NCBI GenBank assembly: GCA_023251255.1
Contig: JAHEZD010000031.1
Location: forward strand, 3,385 to 67,384
From: Chitinophagaceae bacterium
GTDB lineage: Bacteria > Bacteroidota > Bacteroidia > Chitinophagales > Chitinophagaceae
Length of the DNA: 64,000 bases
Direction: 5' to 3'
The notes beneath the pieces were generated by a model, which made no database searches, was not told the DNA's origin, and saw nothing but the letters and a program-made list of their open reading frames with translations. Shown piece after piece: positions 1-8,608 of the stretch. The number at the start of each line of letters is the position of its first letter. Within the stretch, counting starts at the first letter, position 1. The translations under genes were made by a program, and so were the position numbers.

Positions 1-860
1 TACAAAGGCAAGCCTGGCTGCAACATGCCATAGCCCCTAGGCCTATAGCATTTGCATCAACCATGGATAAGAACGGAAATGTGAACCTCAGTCCATTTTC
101 TTTCTTCAATTTGTTTTCTTCCAACCCTCCGATTGTGATATTCTCCCCTTCAAGGAGGGCAAGGGACAATTCCACCAAACATACCTTACAGAACGTATTG
201 GAAGTGCCTGAAGTGGTTATCAATATTTGTGATTATAGTATGGTGCAACAGGTTAGTTTATCCAGTTGCGAATTTGAGAAGGGTGTTGATGAATTTGCCA
301 AAGCAGGTTTCACAAAGGAGCGTGCTTTCTTTGTTGGGCCGCCAATGGTGAAAGAAGCCAAGGTGAAACTAGAGTGCAAGGTGAATGAAGTAAAGAGCCT
401 GGGTGAGGAGGGGGGTGCTGGTCAATTGGTTATTGCAGAAGTGCTTTATATGCATGTAGATGAGCGTATTTTGAATGAGGAGGGTACCATGATTGATCAA
501 ACAAGGTTCCACCCTGTAGCTAGGCTTGGTGGGGACTGGTACTGCAAAGTTGATGAAAGCAGTTTGTTTAAGGTGAATAAGCCCAACACAAAATTGGGTA
601 TTGGGGTCGATGCTTTGCCGGAAGGCATCCGCAACAGTACTATCCTGACAGGGAATAATTTGGGACAGCTTGCCAATGTACACGATATGCCTATTGTTAA
701 TCCGGCATTTGAAGATGATCAACTGAAAAATATTGTCCAGTACTTCTCCATCAACCCATTGGAGATGGAAAAGGAACTGCACCATTATGCCCAAAAATTA
801 TTGGGAGAAGAAAAGGTTGAAGCAGCTTGGCAGGTTCTGTTAGCAGGAGAAAATACATAG
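1..860 (+). CDS. flavin reductase-like (FMN-binding split-barrel) domain protein; 5' end probably outside window
   Basis: The reading frame is open from nt 3 upstream of the track ATG at 63. It reads ..AIAPRPIAFASTMDKNGNVNLSPFSFFN.., the conserved N-terminal core of flavin reductase-like domain proteins. Confidence 0.7.
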   Translation, partial: QRQAWLQHAIAPRPIAFASTMDKNGNVNLSPFSFFNLFSSNPPIVIFSPSRRARDNSTKHTLQNVLEVPEVVINICDYSMVQQVSLSSCEFEKGVDEFAKAGFTKERAFFVGPPMVKEAKVKLECKVNEVKSLGEEGGAGQLVIAEVLYMHVDERILNEEGTMIDQTRFHPVARLGGDWYCKVDESSLFKVNKPNTKLGIGVDALPEGIRNSTILTGNNLGQLANVHDMPIVNPAFEDDQLKNIVQYFSINPLEMEKELHHYAQKLLGEEKVEAAWQVLLAGENT

Positions 861-869
861 TTGTTCTAG

Positions 870-1586
870 CTACGCATGTTTATGCTTCCTTATTTTCCTC
901 ATGAACTGGACAGTTACAAACCATGCACTCAACTTATCCGCTGGTGCGTTGGACAATGATTGCTCCTCGTTAATGTTCCATGCTTTGGTACGAAAACTTC
1001 CTGTATAACCCGCACGTATACCTGTTGCGAAACGGCTATCAGTTTTGCTGATAAAGTCAATAGCCAGACCAGCTCTATAGACAAAGAATGTATTTGTAAA
1101 GCTTAACGGTAATGTTTTCTGTTGCCAGGAAGTGGATTGCAGTACGGAGTCAAAAGGGATGGCTGAAAGGTCCTTGTTAAAAGTGGCTTTGAATGTTTCC
1201 ACGCCAAACCCAACAAATGGGGCAATACGGGTTTTGTTATTATTGCTAAGATTGTATCCAAAGTTTACGGAACCGGAAAAGATAGCCATATTGCTGCTTT
1301 TTTTTGTTTTGTCCCCGCTGAGGCTGCTTGCAATGCCCAGATTGTAATTCAACATAAACCTGTCCAATTCCCTAGTAAATCCTAAGCTGATTGCAAACTC
1401 GGTTTTCCTTAATGTCTGGTATTCAGGTCTTGTGGCTATACGACTGTTCAATGCCCCAAAACGCTGACCTGCAGCCCCAAAACCAAAGTACAAATGCAGG
1501 TTATCCGTACTACGGGCTGTATCATTTTGTGCAGAAGAGGCAATGAAGAATAACAGGGAAATGAGGGTGAATGCCTTTTTCATCAT
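870..1586 (-). CDS. outer-membrane beta-barrel (porin-family) protein
   Basis: Signal peptide MMKKAFTLISLLFFIASSAQ. Alternating hydrophobic beta-strand pattern, Gly/aromatic-rich, and a C-terminal aromatic-rich strand. Confidence 0.55.
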   Translation of the reverse strand: MMKKAFTLISLLFFIASSAQNDTARSTDNLHLYFGFGAAGQRFGALNSRIATRPEYQTLRKTEFAISLGFTRELDRFMLNYNLGIASSLSGDKTKKSSNMAIFSGSVNFGYNLSNNNKTRIAPFVGFGVETFKATFNKDLSAIPFDSVLQSTSWQQKTLPLSFTNTFFVYRAGLAIDFISKTDSRFATGIRAGYTGSFRTKAWNINEEQSLSNAPADKLSAWFVTVQFMRKIRKHKHA

Positions 1587-1630
1587 TATGAATTTTGTAA
1601 GGGTAAAACAATTCTTCCTTAAAAATACCC

Positions 1631-1659
1631 AAAAAAAATCCTACCAATAAATGGTAGGA
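1631..1659 (-). terminator. rho-independent terminator downstream of THX gene
   Basis: 8-bp stem TCCTACCA/TGGTAGGA (1639-1646 / 1652-1659), followed on the minus strand by a run of 8 T (1631-1638). Confidence 0.6.
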
Positions 1660-1684
1660 CTTAAAAAGTTCAGAAGCTTCTTTA

Positions 1685-1810
1685 TTAAGATGCTTTGGTT
1701 TCTGTTGTTTCAGCTTTTTTACCAGCAACAGCCACTTTGTGTGGTCTGCTTTTGCCGAAAGAGCCTTTAAAGCGCTTGCCCTTTGCTGTTTTTTTGTCAC
1801 CTCTACCCAT
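1685..1810 (-). CDS. 30S ribosomal protein THX (bTHX), 41 aa
   Basis: Hand translation gives MGRGDKKTAKGKRFKGSFGKSRPHKVAVAGKKAETTETKAS with a TAA stop. The N-terminus closely matches the Thermus Thx pattern [22 protein letters not shown].K. It is below the 60-aa cutoff, so it is absent from the ORF track, and a terminator follows it. Confidence 0.8.
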   Translation of the reverse strand: MGRGDKKTAKGKRFKGSFGKSRPHKVAVAGKKAETTETKAS

Positions 1811-1844
1811 GGTACTTAATTTGTTTTTTTGATAAATGAGTAGC

Positions 1845-1881
1845 GAAAATAAAAAATCCCACCGAAACGGCAGGATTTTTT
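1845..1881 (-). terminator. terminator hairpin downstream of HU gene
   Basis: AAAAAATCC (1851-1859) pairs with GGATTTTTT (1873-1881), with an inner CCG/CGG stem. The minus strand continues into a T-rich run. Confidence 0.5.
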
Positions 1882-1899
1882 AATTAGATAGGGCAAGTG

Positions 1900-2169
1900 T
1901 TAGATTTTAGCACTTAACTCTTTACCTGCTTTAAAGCGGGCAACTTTCTTTGCTTTAATCTTGATTGCCTCACCAGTTTGCGGATTGCGGCCTACACGTG
2001 CAGCACGTTTTGAAACTGAAAAAGTACCAAACCCAACTAAAGTTACTTTGTCGCCTTTTTTCAAGGTTTTAGTTACTGTGTCAACAAAAGAATCCAAAGT
2101 AGCGTTGGCTTGAGTCTTTGTTATTCCAGCATCATCTGCCAATTGTGCGATTAATTCAGCTTTGTTCAT
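1900..2169 (-). CDS. hup: HU family DNA-binding protein
   Basis: MNKAELIAQLADDAGITKTQA...VTLVGFGTFSVSKRAARVGRNPQTGEAIKIKAKKVARFKAGKEL is a canonical HU/IHF fold sequence. I prefer the ATG at 2169 over the track start at 2223. Confidence 0.9.
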   Translation of the reverse strand: MNKAELIAQLADDAGITKTQANATLDSFVDTVTKTLKKGDKVTLVGFGTFSVSKRAARVGRNPQTGEAIKIKAKKVARFKAGKELSAKI

Positions 2170-2465
2170 AGCTTGTGTTTTTAATGTTTTTGTTAGAAGA
2201 ACAAATGTATTTGCTTTTATCAACCAACAAAATATTTTTAATCATGCTCCCATTCTTTAACAAGCCGTAAAAGCCATACAGGCAAAGGATTTCAGCCAGT
2301 TTGCCTCGGATGAAAGGTGAAATGGGCAACTGGTTATTCCCCTGAAAGCCTTATGAACAAAGGGTCGCAGGTAAATGTGGCCTACAAAGCAGTGTAGGCA
2401 AGGGTTTGAAAGGAATATAGGAAACAATCCTGATTACCAAACGGGTGCTTAAAAACTATCCACAC

Positions 2466-2771
2466 CTAATGCACAACCTGCATTAAGGAACGGAAACCGA
2501 TGAATTTGTTGCCCCAAGTCCTTAGGGAATCTTCTCTTAAAGCGGGCGCATATAGTTCCAGGTAACGGTTGTAATCGGCTTTGCTTTCAGCGAAATATTG
2601 CGTTGCATAGGTAATTCCTTCGGTTTCGTCTGTTTCCAGAACCCTTACAAATTGATAATTCGTAAAGCAGCCTGTGGCCATTACTTCAGGAATATGTTTT
2701 GTTTTCATCCATTCCAGCCATAACTCATGAATGGAATGGTCCAGTTGTATCGTTACATTATATATCAGCAT
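2466..2771 (-). CDS. DUF4286 family protein
   Basis: About 100 aa, with MLIYNVT....H..WL.WM...HIPEVM.TG.F typical of the Bacteroidota DUF4286 family (from memory). Confidence 0.55.
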   Translation of the reverse strand: MLIYNVTIQLDHSIHELWLEWMKTKHIPEVMATGCFTNYQFVRVLETDETEGITYATQYFAESKADYNRYLELYAPALREDSLRTWGNKFIGFRSLMQVVH

Positions 2772-3996
2772 CCTGTTTTGTTTTGGAGATTTCCTTGGTC
2801 ATTTTATACGTGAACAGTAGCAGCAAAATTGAGATAACTGCAATAATGCTCCACAGAAATTTTTTACTGGAGTCCTTTGGTTTTGCTGTTACCGGTTCGA
2901 TAGTTATACTTGTTTGCTGAATACTGCCTACTTCAAGTTCCGCAGTATTTTTGCCAATACTATCTTTAAAGAAAGTCAAATCATACACTGGTGCTTTAGC
3001 GAGTGGGTCAGCAAAGGCCAAATGATAATTTTTGCCAGTGTCTAAATAAGCAAGCAAGTATTGATTCAGTTGAAATGCTTCTGCGGATTTTACTTTTAAA
3101 GGAATATTGTCATCGTTGTTTATTACTAGTAAAAACTCTTTTGATTTCATCCCTGCTAAAAAAAGTGCTTGTTTATTTGAATTGATATAAGTGGAAAATG
3201 GGGTTTTCGATGAGCGTAAATTGCCTAAGTAAACAGCTAAGTTTCGTTTGAATAATTTTGGCCCTTCTACCTCAAGAATAAACTTGTCTATTGGGTAAGG
3301 CTCATTGAACGTAAGCTGCGCATAACTTTTCTTGTCTATGCTATCTATCTGTTGAATAGAGGGGTATGGGACCAGGATATACTTTCCTTGTGTATAGGAT
3401 TCCCTGTAAATACCAGCCTTAACTATATTAAATGGGAGGATGTCTTCCCCAATAACTGTTACCTGAAAGTACTTATAATTAACCACTGGCAAAAGGATGG
3501 TCTGCACTACTTCTTCCTCTTGTTTGGAAAAATAATTATCCAGCCCAATGCCTTCTTTAATAATGTACCAATCCTGTAAATTATTGCTTCCGCTAATATT
3601 CACCAACCTTTTAGCGTCCATGTTCGAAGTAATGAGCAGCAAATCAGTAATAGCTTTTCCTGTACTATTTTCAATTGTTATATGGGTCTGCTTATCCTTT
3701 CCTTTTGCCTTGCTGATAATGGGAAATTCAACAAACTTATTTTCAGTAAATCGGGCTGCATCCTGTTTGATGATGTAGGCAGCTTGATTGTTTTTGTCGT
3801 CCAATATCCTTAGGTCTTCCAAATTGTACCTGCACTTTGCAATCACAGATGGTGACAAGGGGATTTTATAGAAGCCCGGTTGTTTTACATCTGCTAGTTC
3901 TGCTTTGTACAGGAACCCGTCTTGGGCAAAGCAGGTTGAAGCCATTACTATAAAAGCAATGATAGAAGAAATTTTATAGCTCTGTTTTCTTTTCAT
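2758..3996 (-). CDS. DUF3999-like secreted/anchored protein
   Basis: Signal peptide plus a C-terminal TM helix. The ..YKIPLSPSV......LEDLRILD..N..A.YI pattern and the position immediately downstream of, and overlapping, a DUF2339 gene match the known DUF2339-DUF3999 pairing. Confidence 0.5.
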   Translation of the reverse strand: MKRKQSYKISSIIAFIVMASTCFAQDGFLYKAELADVKQPGFYKIPLSPSVIAKCRYNLEDLRILDDKNNQAAYIIKQDAARFTENKFVEFPIISKAKGKDKQTHITIENSTGKAITDLLLITSNMDAKRLVNISGSNNLQDWYIIKEGIGLDNYFSKQEEEVVQTILLPVVNYKYFQVTVIGEDILPFNIVKAGIYRESYTQGKYILVPYPSIQQIDSIDKKSYAQLTFNEPYPIDKFILEVEGPKLFKRNLAVYLGNLRSSKTPFSTYINSNKQALFLAGMKSKEFLLVINNDDNIPLKVKSAEAFQLNQYLLAYLDTGKNYHLAFADPLAKAPVYDLTFFKDSIGKNTAELEVGSIQQTSITIEPVTAKPKDSSKKFLWSIIAVISILLLLFTYKMTKEISKTKQDADI

Positions 3997-5992
3997 CTTC
4001 CACGATAATTTTTTTGAGGCGTTGGTACATAAATGAAACCACCAAAAGCAATATGCCTAAACAAAAGAATGCGGCTATTTTTCCTGCAATCGGTATATTG
4101 CTAATGTCGAACAGGAAGAGTTTCAATAAGGTGATTGAAAACAACGCCAAGGAAATAATGCGTAATGGCTTGTATTTATATCTCATACCTAGCCACATGA
4201 ATGCAAAGGAACAAAGTCCCCATAAAATGGGCAGGCCTGTTTTGATATATATCCTTTCGAGTGTTTCTAGCGTGTTGGTAGGCCCGAAGAGAATAGCTCT
4301 TGTAAGTAAGTGTATTTCTACACTTAAAAATGCTACTGATACTGCGCATATTAACCAAGTGAAGATTTCGACATTGTTCCCTCTTTGGTGCGAAATCCTT
4401 AATGTTGTTATTATTTGATACAATATCATTCCAATTAAAATGGTAGTTGACCAGTGTGCCCAATAATGCGAATTATACAGTTGCTTCACCAAAACCATTT
4501 CTTGTACACCATAGCTTACAGGAATTGATAAAAAGTAAAACAGTATACAAAAAGATAGTAGGCCTAACCTTATATCCTGACTGATTGGCAAGGATTTTTT
4601 GACTGAAACGAATAGAAGAATGCTTACAAATACTGCCAAGTACAATAATAAGTAGATGAGGTTGAGTTGTGTTTGCGGATAGTAATGACTAAATTGAAAA
4701 TGTATTTCCAACAATCCACATGCAAACAATAATAATAAGCCTGTAATCCGGAAAAGGTTTTTGGGAATGATTGTTATTATTGCTTGTTTTTTCATAAAGA
4801 AGTAAACAAGGTAAGATGCTGCAGCAGCATAAATAGTTGTAATGAAGCCCTTATTGAAAATGATAGCGAGGTACAAATAGTTATTACTGTAAACATCATT
4901 CCAATCCATTAAAAGGCTTATGAGCATTGCTACCCAAATAATAAGAGATGAAACCTGCAGGATGGAAATTTTTGATTTTTGATACAACCAAAACAGCAAT
5001 ACTGTTTCTGATGCCCAAAACAGGGTAATATAATTTCCATGCAACTGCAATGGTGCAGTTAATGAAACAAATGTGAGCGTTATGCCGATTAATAGGTACA
5101 AAATATTGGTATCCACTTTCCTGTTCCTGAATAAAAAGTAGGACGCAGCCAAATTGAAAATACCCATGCCTGCACTGAACAATCCTTTGTACTGTTCTGC
5201 ATGCATGTTCAATATGCAATATAGTCCTGCTCCGAAGTAAAGGGATGTATTGACCAGCAAGATGCCAAAGTCGGAAGCAATGAATTTCTTGTTCTCCTTA
5301 ATGTTATTGGCAATGTTAATGGCGAAAAATAGTAGATAGAAAACTGTTGCGTAAATGAAGCCATTTTGGTAGGTAACCTTTTTTTCATCTGCACTTACCA
5401 ATAGCCAACTGCCAAAAATAACCACTGTGAAAATAAAAGCCAATAAGTTCAATAAGCGCCAAGCTTTATTGTATGCCATTATTAGCAAGCCAGCGTTTAA
5501 GATAATGAGGTAAAAGAACAATGTTTGATAATGACCGCTTCCATTACTTACTAAAAAAGGTGCCGTAAACCCTCCTATCAATGATATAATAGCGAGCTCT
5601 TGCCTATTATACAACAATGAAATGGCTACAGCAAAAGCTGTAATCACTACCATAATGATGAAGGAAGTCGTTTGCGTGAATAGGTTGAAATTATGGTAGG
5701 CTAATGAAATAGTGAAATAGAACACTGCAATACCACCACCAAGCAGCACGGAGCTGAAAGCTTTGTAACCATTGCGTAATTTATGGGCCAGACCGACCAA
5801 GATTCCTCCACACAATAATCCAATGCCTACCCTGCCAACTTCGCCAATCCAATTGTTGTCTATTGCATATTTTACAAAGAAACCGATGGCCAAGACCAAT
5901 ATGCCTATGCCAATTTTGCTAATCAGGTTTTCCCCAATGAATTTTTCCCAATCAGGATTCCTTTCAAAGAAGGATGGTTTGAAAGGGGGCAT
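3974..5992 (-). CDS. DUF2339 polytopic membrane protein (main body)
   Basis: About 20 predicted TM segments. The N-terminal ..FERNPDWEKFIGENLISKIGIGILVLAIGFFVKYAIDNNWI motif is typical of DUF2339. Confidence 0.7.
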   Translation of the reverse strand: MPPFKPSFFERNPDWEKFIGENLISKIGIGILVLAIGFFVKYAIDNNWIGEVGRVGIGLLCGGILVGLAHKLRNGYKAFSSVLLGGGIAVFYFTISLAYHNFNLFTQTTSFIIMVVITAFAVAISLLYNRQELAIISLIGGFTAPFLVSNGSGHYQTLFFYLIILNAGLLIMAYNKAWRLLNLLAFIFTVVIFGSWLLVSADEKKVTYQNGFIYATVFYLLFFAINIANNIKENKKFIASDFGILLVNTSLYFGAGLYCILNMHAEQYKGLFSAGMGIFNLAASYFLFRNRKVDTNILYLLIGITLTFVSLTAPLQLHGNYITLFWASETVLLFWLYQKSKISILQVSSLIIWVAMLISLLMDWNDVYSNNYLYLAIIFNKGFITTIYAAAASYLVYFFMKKQAIITIIPKNLFRITGLLLLFACGLLEIHFQFSHYYPQTQLNLIYLLLYLAVFVSILLFVSVKKSLPISQDIRLGLLSFCILFYFLSIPVSYGVQEMVLVKQLYNSHYWAHWSTTILIGMILYQIITTLRISHQRGNNVEIFTWLICAVSVAFLSVEIHLLTRAILFGPTNTLETLERIYIKTGLPILWGLCSFAFMWLGMRYKYKPLRIISLALFSITLLKLFLFDISNIPIAGKIAAFFCLGILLLVVSFMYQRLKKIIVEDEKKTEL

Positions 5993-6291
5993 TTCAAGAT
6001 AGGTTCCTCTTTGTCCTTATTTGAAGTTTCTTCCTCTACTTTGAAACTTGATTCCCAGTATTCTGTTTTAGGCTCGGGCATTACCGGTGGAGGGGAAACT
6101 ATAGGTTTTGCTTCGATAGATATAGATTTAGGTTGGGAAACTGGTTGTTCAATTATTGGTTGCTTGGATATTTTCTCGTTCAGTTCCTGTATCCTGTTCT
6201 GTAAACCGTTCAGCTTGTCAGAAACATCACTCTTAAAATTGAGTATAATAATAAGGACCACAATAATAAGCAGGAGGGTAACAATGTCCAT
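5923..6291 (-). CDS. DUF2339 N-terminal module (TM helix + coiled coil + Pro-rich linker) encoded as a separate frame
   Basis: MDIVTLLLIIVVLIIILNF..LNGLQNRIQELNEKISK..PPPVMPEP resembles the usual N-terminus of full-length DUF2339 proteins. It overlaps the 3974-5992 ORF by 70 nt in another frame. Confidence 0.5.
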   Translation of the reverse strand: MDIVTLLLIIVVLIIILNFKSDVSDKLNGLQNRIQELNEKISKQPIIEQPVSQPKSISIEAKPIVSPPPVMPEPKTEYWESSFKVEEETSNKDKEEPILKCPLSNHPSLKGILIGKNSLGKT

Positions 6292-6508
6292 TGCAGGGGT
6301 TGTTGATGTGGATTAAAGATATAGAAGCATGGCTACAATTTGTAAACTATCAAAGCAGATTTAACTTTTACTCTTGGAGAAAGGTTCAAATATGGAAAGG
6401 GCCAACAGCATAACCATTCATCCTTAAACAGCATTTTTAACGGTAAGCTATTTTGCTTTACAGTTGAAAAAACTATATTTACATTCTCAATCAAAAAAAG
6501 TAAGTATC

Positions 6509-6718
6509 ATGAAAAAGATTTTAATGTTGGCTACTGCAGTTTTCTTGTTCAGTGGTGTAGCTTTTGCCCAAGACAAAACTGAAAAGAAATGTGCGAAAGG
6601 AAAAGAGTGCTGCAAGAAAGAAAGTAAGGAATGCTGCTCCAAAGATGCTGCAAAAGCAAAAGCTGCTAAAACAGCTGCCATTGCAAAACCTGCTGCTAAG
6701 GCTGCCAAAAAAGCTTAG
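6509..6718 (+). CDS. small secreted Cys/Lys/Ala-rich protein (69 aa precursor)
   Basis: The internal ATG at 6509 gives the signal peptide MKKILMLATAVFLFSGVAFAQ. The mature part is DKTEKKCAKGKECCKKESKECCSKDAAKAKAAKTAAIAKPAAKAAKKA. A strong terminator follows. Confidence 0.6.
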   Translation: MKKILMLATAVFLFSGVAFAQDKTEKKCAKGKECCKKESKECCSKDAAKAKAAKTAAIAKPAAKAAKKA

Positions 6719-6739
6719 TTTAAGTTAAAGAAATTTGAT

Positions 6740-6767
6740 GCCCCGTTAGCAATAACGGGGCATTTTT
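6740..6767 (+). terminator. rho-independent terminator
   Basis: GCCCCGTT (6740-6747) / AACGGGGC (6754-6761), an 8-bp GC-rich stem with a 6-nt loop, then ATTTTT. Confidence 0.8.
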
Positions 6768-6776
6768 ATTCAATGA

Positions 6777-7472
6777 TTACAGGATGTTTTCCAGCTCTTT
6801 TAGTTCAAAAATTTCATATGTGGCCCTGATATGTGGCTTGATTTTTAAATGGTTCACAAAAATCGTATCCATACCGGCATTGATGCCACCTTGTATATCT
6901 GCTTCCAGGTTATCACCAATCATGATGCTCTCATGAAGCGAAGCCCCAGTTTTCAATATTGCAAAATCAAAAATATCCTTGTTTGGTTTTAGGCTGTTAC
7001 TGCCTTCTGAAGTAATTACCTCAACGAAGTAATTGCTCAGCTTGCTGTGTTTTAGTTTATTGTGCTGCACGTTTTCAAATCCATTGGTAATCAAGTGCAT
7101 GATATAGCCTTTATTCTTGAGGTAGCCCAATATTTCAAAAGTGTAGGGGAAGAGATTTTTTTTGGTGGGCAATGTTTCCAGAAATTCCACTGACAACTTT
7201 CTTGATAAGGGTTCATCGGCTATTTTATAGTCCAATAAAGCCAACCACATGCGCTTCCAACGAAGTTCGTCCTGTTTAATGAAGCCTTTGGTATATCTAT
7301 CCCAAAGACGATGGTTATGATGGCTGTACTTAGCAAAGAACTCATCAAAATCATGAATACCCCTTGATGCCAGTTGATTGCTGATATATAAATCCTGCAA
7401 GGTTTCCTTTGCGTTTACTTCAAAATCCCATATTGTGTGATCGAGATCAAAGAAAAGGTGTTTATATGCCAT
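6777..7472 (-). CDS. HAD-superfamily hydrolase (YjjG-like nucleotidase subfamily)
   Basis: Motif I FFDLDHTIWDF (DxDxT), ...ITNG.., and motif IV GDNLEADIQGG. Confidence 0.75.
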   Translation of the reverse strand: MAYKHLFFDLDHTIWDFEVNAKETLQDLYISNQLASRGIHDFDEFFAKYSHHNHRLWDRYTKGFIKQDELRWKRMWLALLDYKIADEPLSRKLSVEFLETLPTKKNLFPYTFEILGYLKNKGYIMHLITNGFENVQHNKLKHSKLSNYFVEVITSEGSNSLKPNKDIFDFAILKTGASLHESIMIGDNLEADIQGGINAGMDTIFVNHLKIKPHIRATYEIFELKELENIL

Positions 7473-7603
7473 GCTTGCAATGTAAGATAAAGTATGAAAT
7501 TAAATGCGATGTTAGCATTATGAAGTGCGAAAAGCAAGGTCATAGGTTTTATGTGTTTCGCACTTCTACCTTTGTTCCCATAAATTACCCTCAAAATTCC
7601 ATT

Positions 7604-8302
7604 ATGAATATTGTTATTACAGGAGCATCAAAAGGATTAGGAAAGGCTTTTGCCAAACAGTATGCAGCTACAGGCAATACATTGTACCTCTGTTCCAGAA
7701 ATGAAAAACAGTTGAATGAAACTGCTATAGCAACTAAGGAACAATACCCCCTTTGTACTATTTATACAATGGCTGTTGACTTGAGTATTAAGGAAGATGT
7801 TATGAAATTTGGTGCTTGGTGCTTGGGATTTGCTGTGCCCGATATTTTGATCAATAATGCTGGTCGATTTATACCAGGTTCTGTTCATAGTGAAGAAGAA
7901 GGTGTTCTTGAAGAGATGATAGGAACAAACTTATACAGTGCCTATCACCTTACAAGGATTTTACTGCCCGGCATGATGGAGCGAATGCAAGGACATGTCT
8001 TTAATATTTGCTCGATTGCATCGTTACAAGCATATAGCAATGGTGGCAGTTACAGCATCAGTAAGTTTGCCCTCCTCGGTTTCAGTAAGAATTTACGTGA
8101 GGAAATGAAGCCTTACGGTATAAAGGTCACTTCTGTTATGCCCGGAGCTGCTTATACAGATAGTTGGATTGGAAGTGGTATTGATGAGCAACGAATCATG
8201 CAGGCAGATGATGTGGCCCGAATGGTGTATGCTGCTTCGCAACTTTCACCACAGGCTTGTGTAGAAGAAATTGTGATCAGGCCGCAATTAGGCGACTTAT
8301 AG
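7604..8302 (+). CDS. SDR family oxidoreductase
   Basis: MNIVITGASKGLGKAF (TGxxxGxG), NNAG, and S..YSISK (YxxxK). I prefer the ATG at 7604; the track's 65-aa N-terminal extension overlaps the divergent HAD gene. Confidence 0.85.
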   Translation: MNIVITGASKGLGKAFAKQYAATGNTLYLCSRNEKQLNETAIATKEQYPLCTIYTMAVDLSIKEDVMKFGAWCLGFAVPDILINNAGRFIPGSVHSEEEGVLEEMIGTNLYSAYHLTRILLPGMMERMQGHVFNICSIASLQAYSNGGSYSISKFALLGFSKNLREEMKPYGIKVTSVMPGAAYTDSWIGSGIDEQRIMQADDVARMVYAASQLSPQACVEEIVIRPQLGDL

Positions 8303-8365
8303 TCCGCCCTCAATTTCATTGCGATTTAGCATACACTTATATTTGCACCAGAAAATAATCTAGCA

Positions 8366-8608
8366 ATGAAAATGTGGCGTTCGACGTTTCTTTTTATCCT
8401 TTTACTGTTCACCATTCATTTTTCACAAGCACAATGTTCAGTATGCACGAAAACTGCTGAGCAGTTGGGCGAAGGGCCAGCATCCGCACTCAATAATGCC
8501 ATTGTTTACTTAATGATGATGCCTTTATTAATTATGGGATTTGTAGGCTACCGTTGGTGGAAAAGGGAAAAAGCAGTAACTGATTTTGAGCAAGGTTCAA
8601 ATGTTTAA
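8366..8608 (+). CDS. small membrane protein (signal peptide, CxxC, C-terminal TM)
   Basis: MKMWRSTFLFILLLFTIHFSQAQCSVC... followed by the hydrophobic helix IVYLMMMPLLIMGFVGY and then RWWKREK. Confidence 0.45.
   Translation: MKMWRSTFLFILLLFTIHFSQAQCSVCTKTAEQLGEGPASALNNAIVYLMMMPLLIMGFVGYRWWKREKAVTDFEQGSNV

Noticed and set aside
1522-1800. A 92-aa minus-strand track ORF.
   Set aside because: It overlaps the porin start and the THX gene in another frame. The THX frame has a strong family match and its own terminator.
7409-7603. Long N-terminal extensions in the ORF track. Affected starts are the SDR gene at 7409, GT2 at 10334, M28 at 20615, paaI at 29368, DUF2911 at 36814, the deacetylase at 41532, mutY at 58708 and HU at 2223 and 58603.
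   Set aside because: Internal ATGs give canonical family N-termini or signal peptides and remove overlaps with neighbouring genes. The extensions have no family support.
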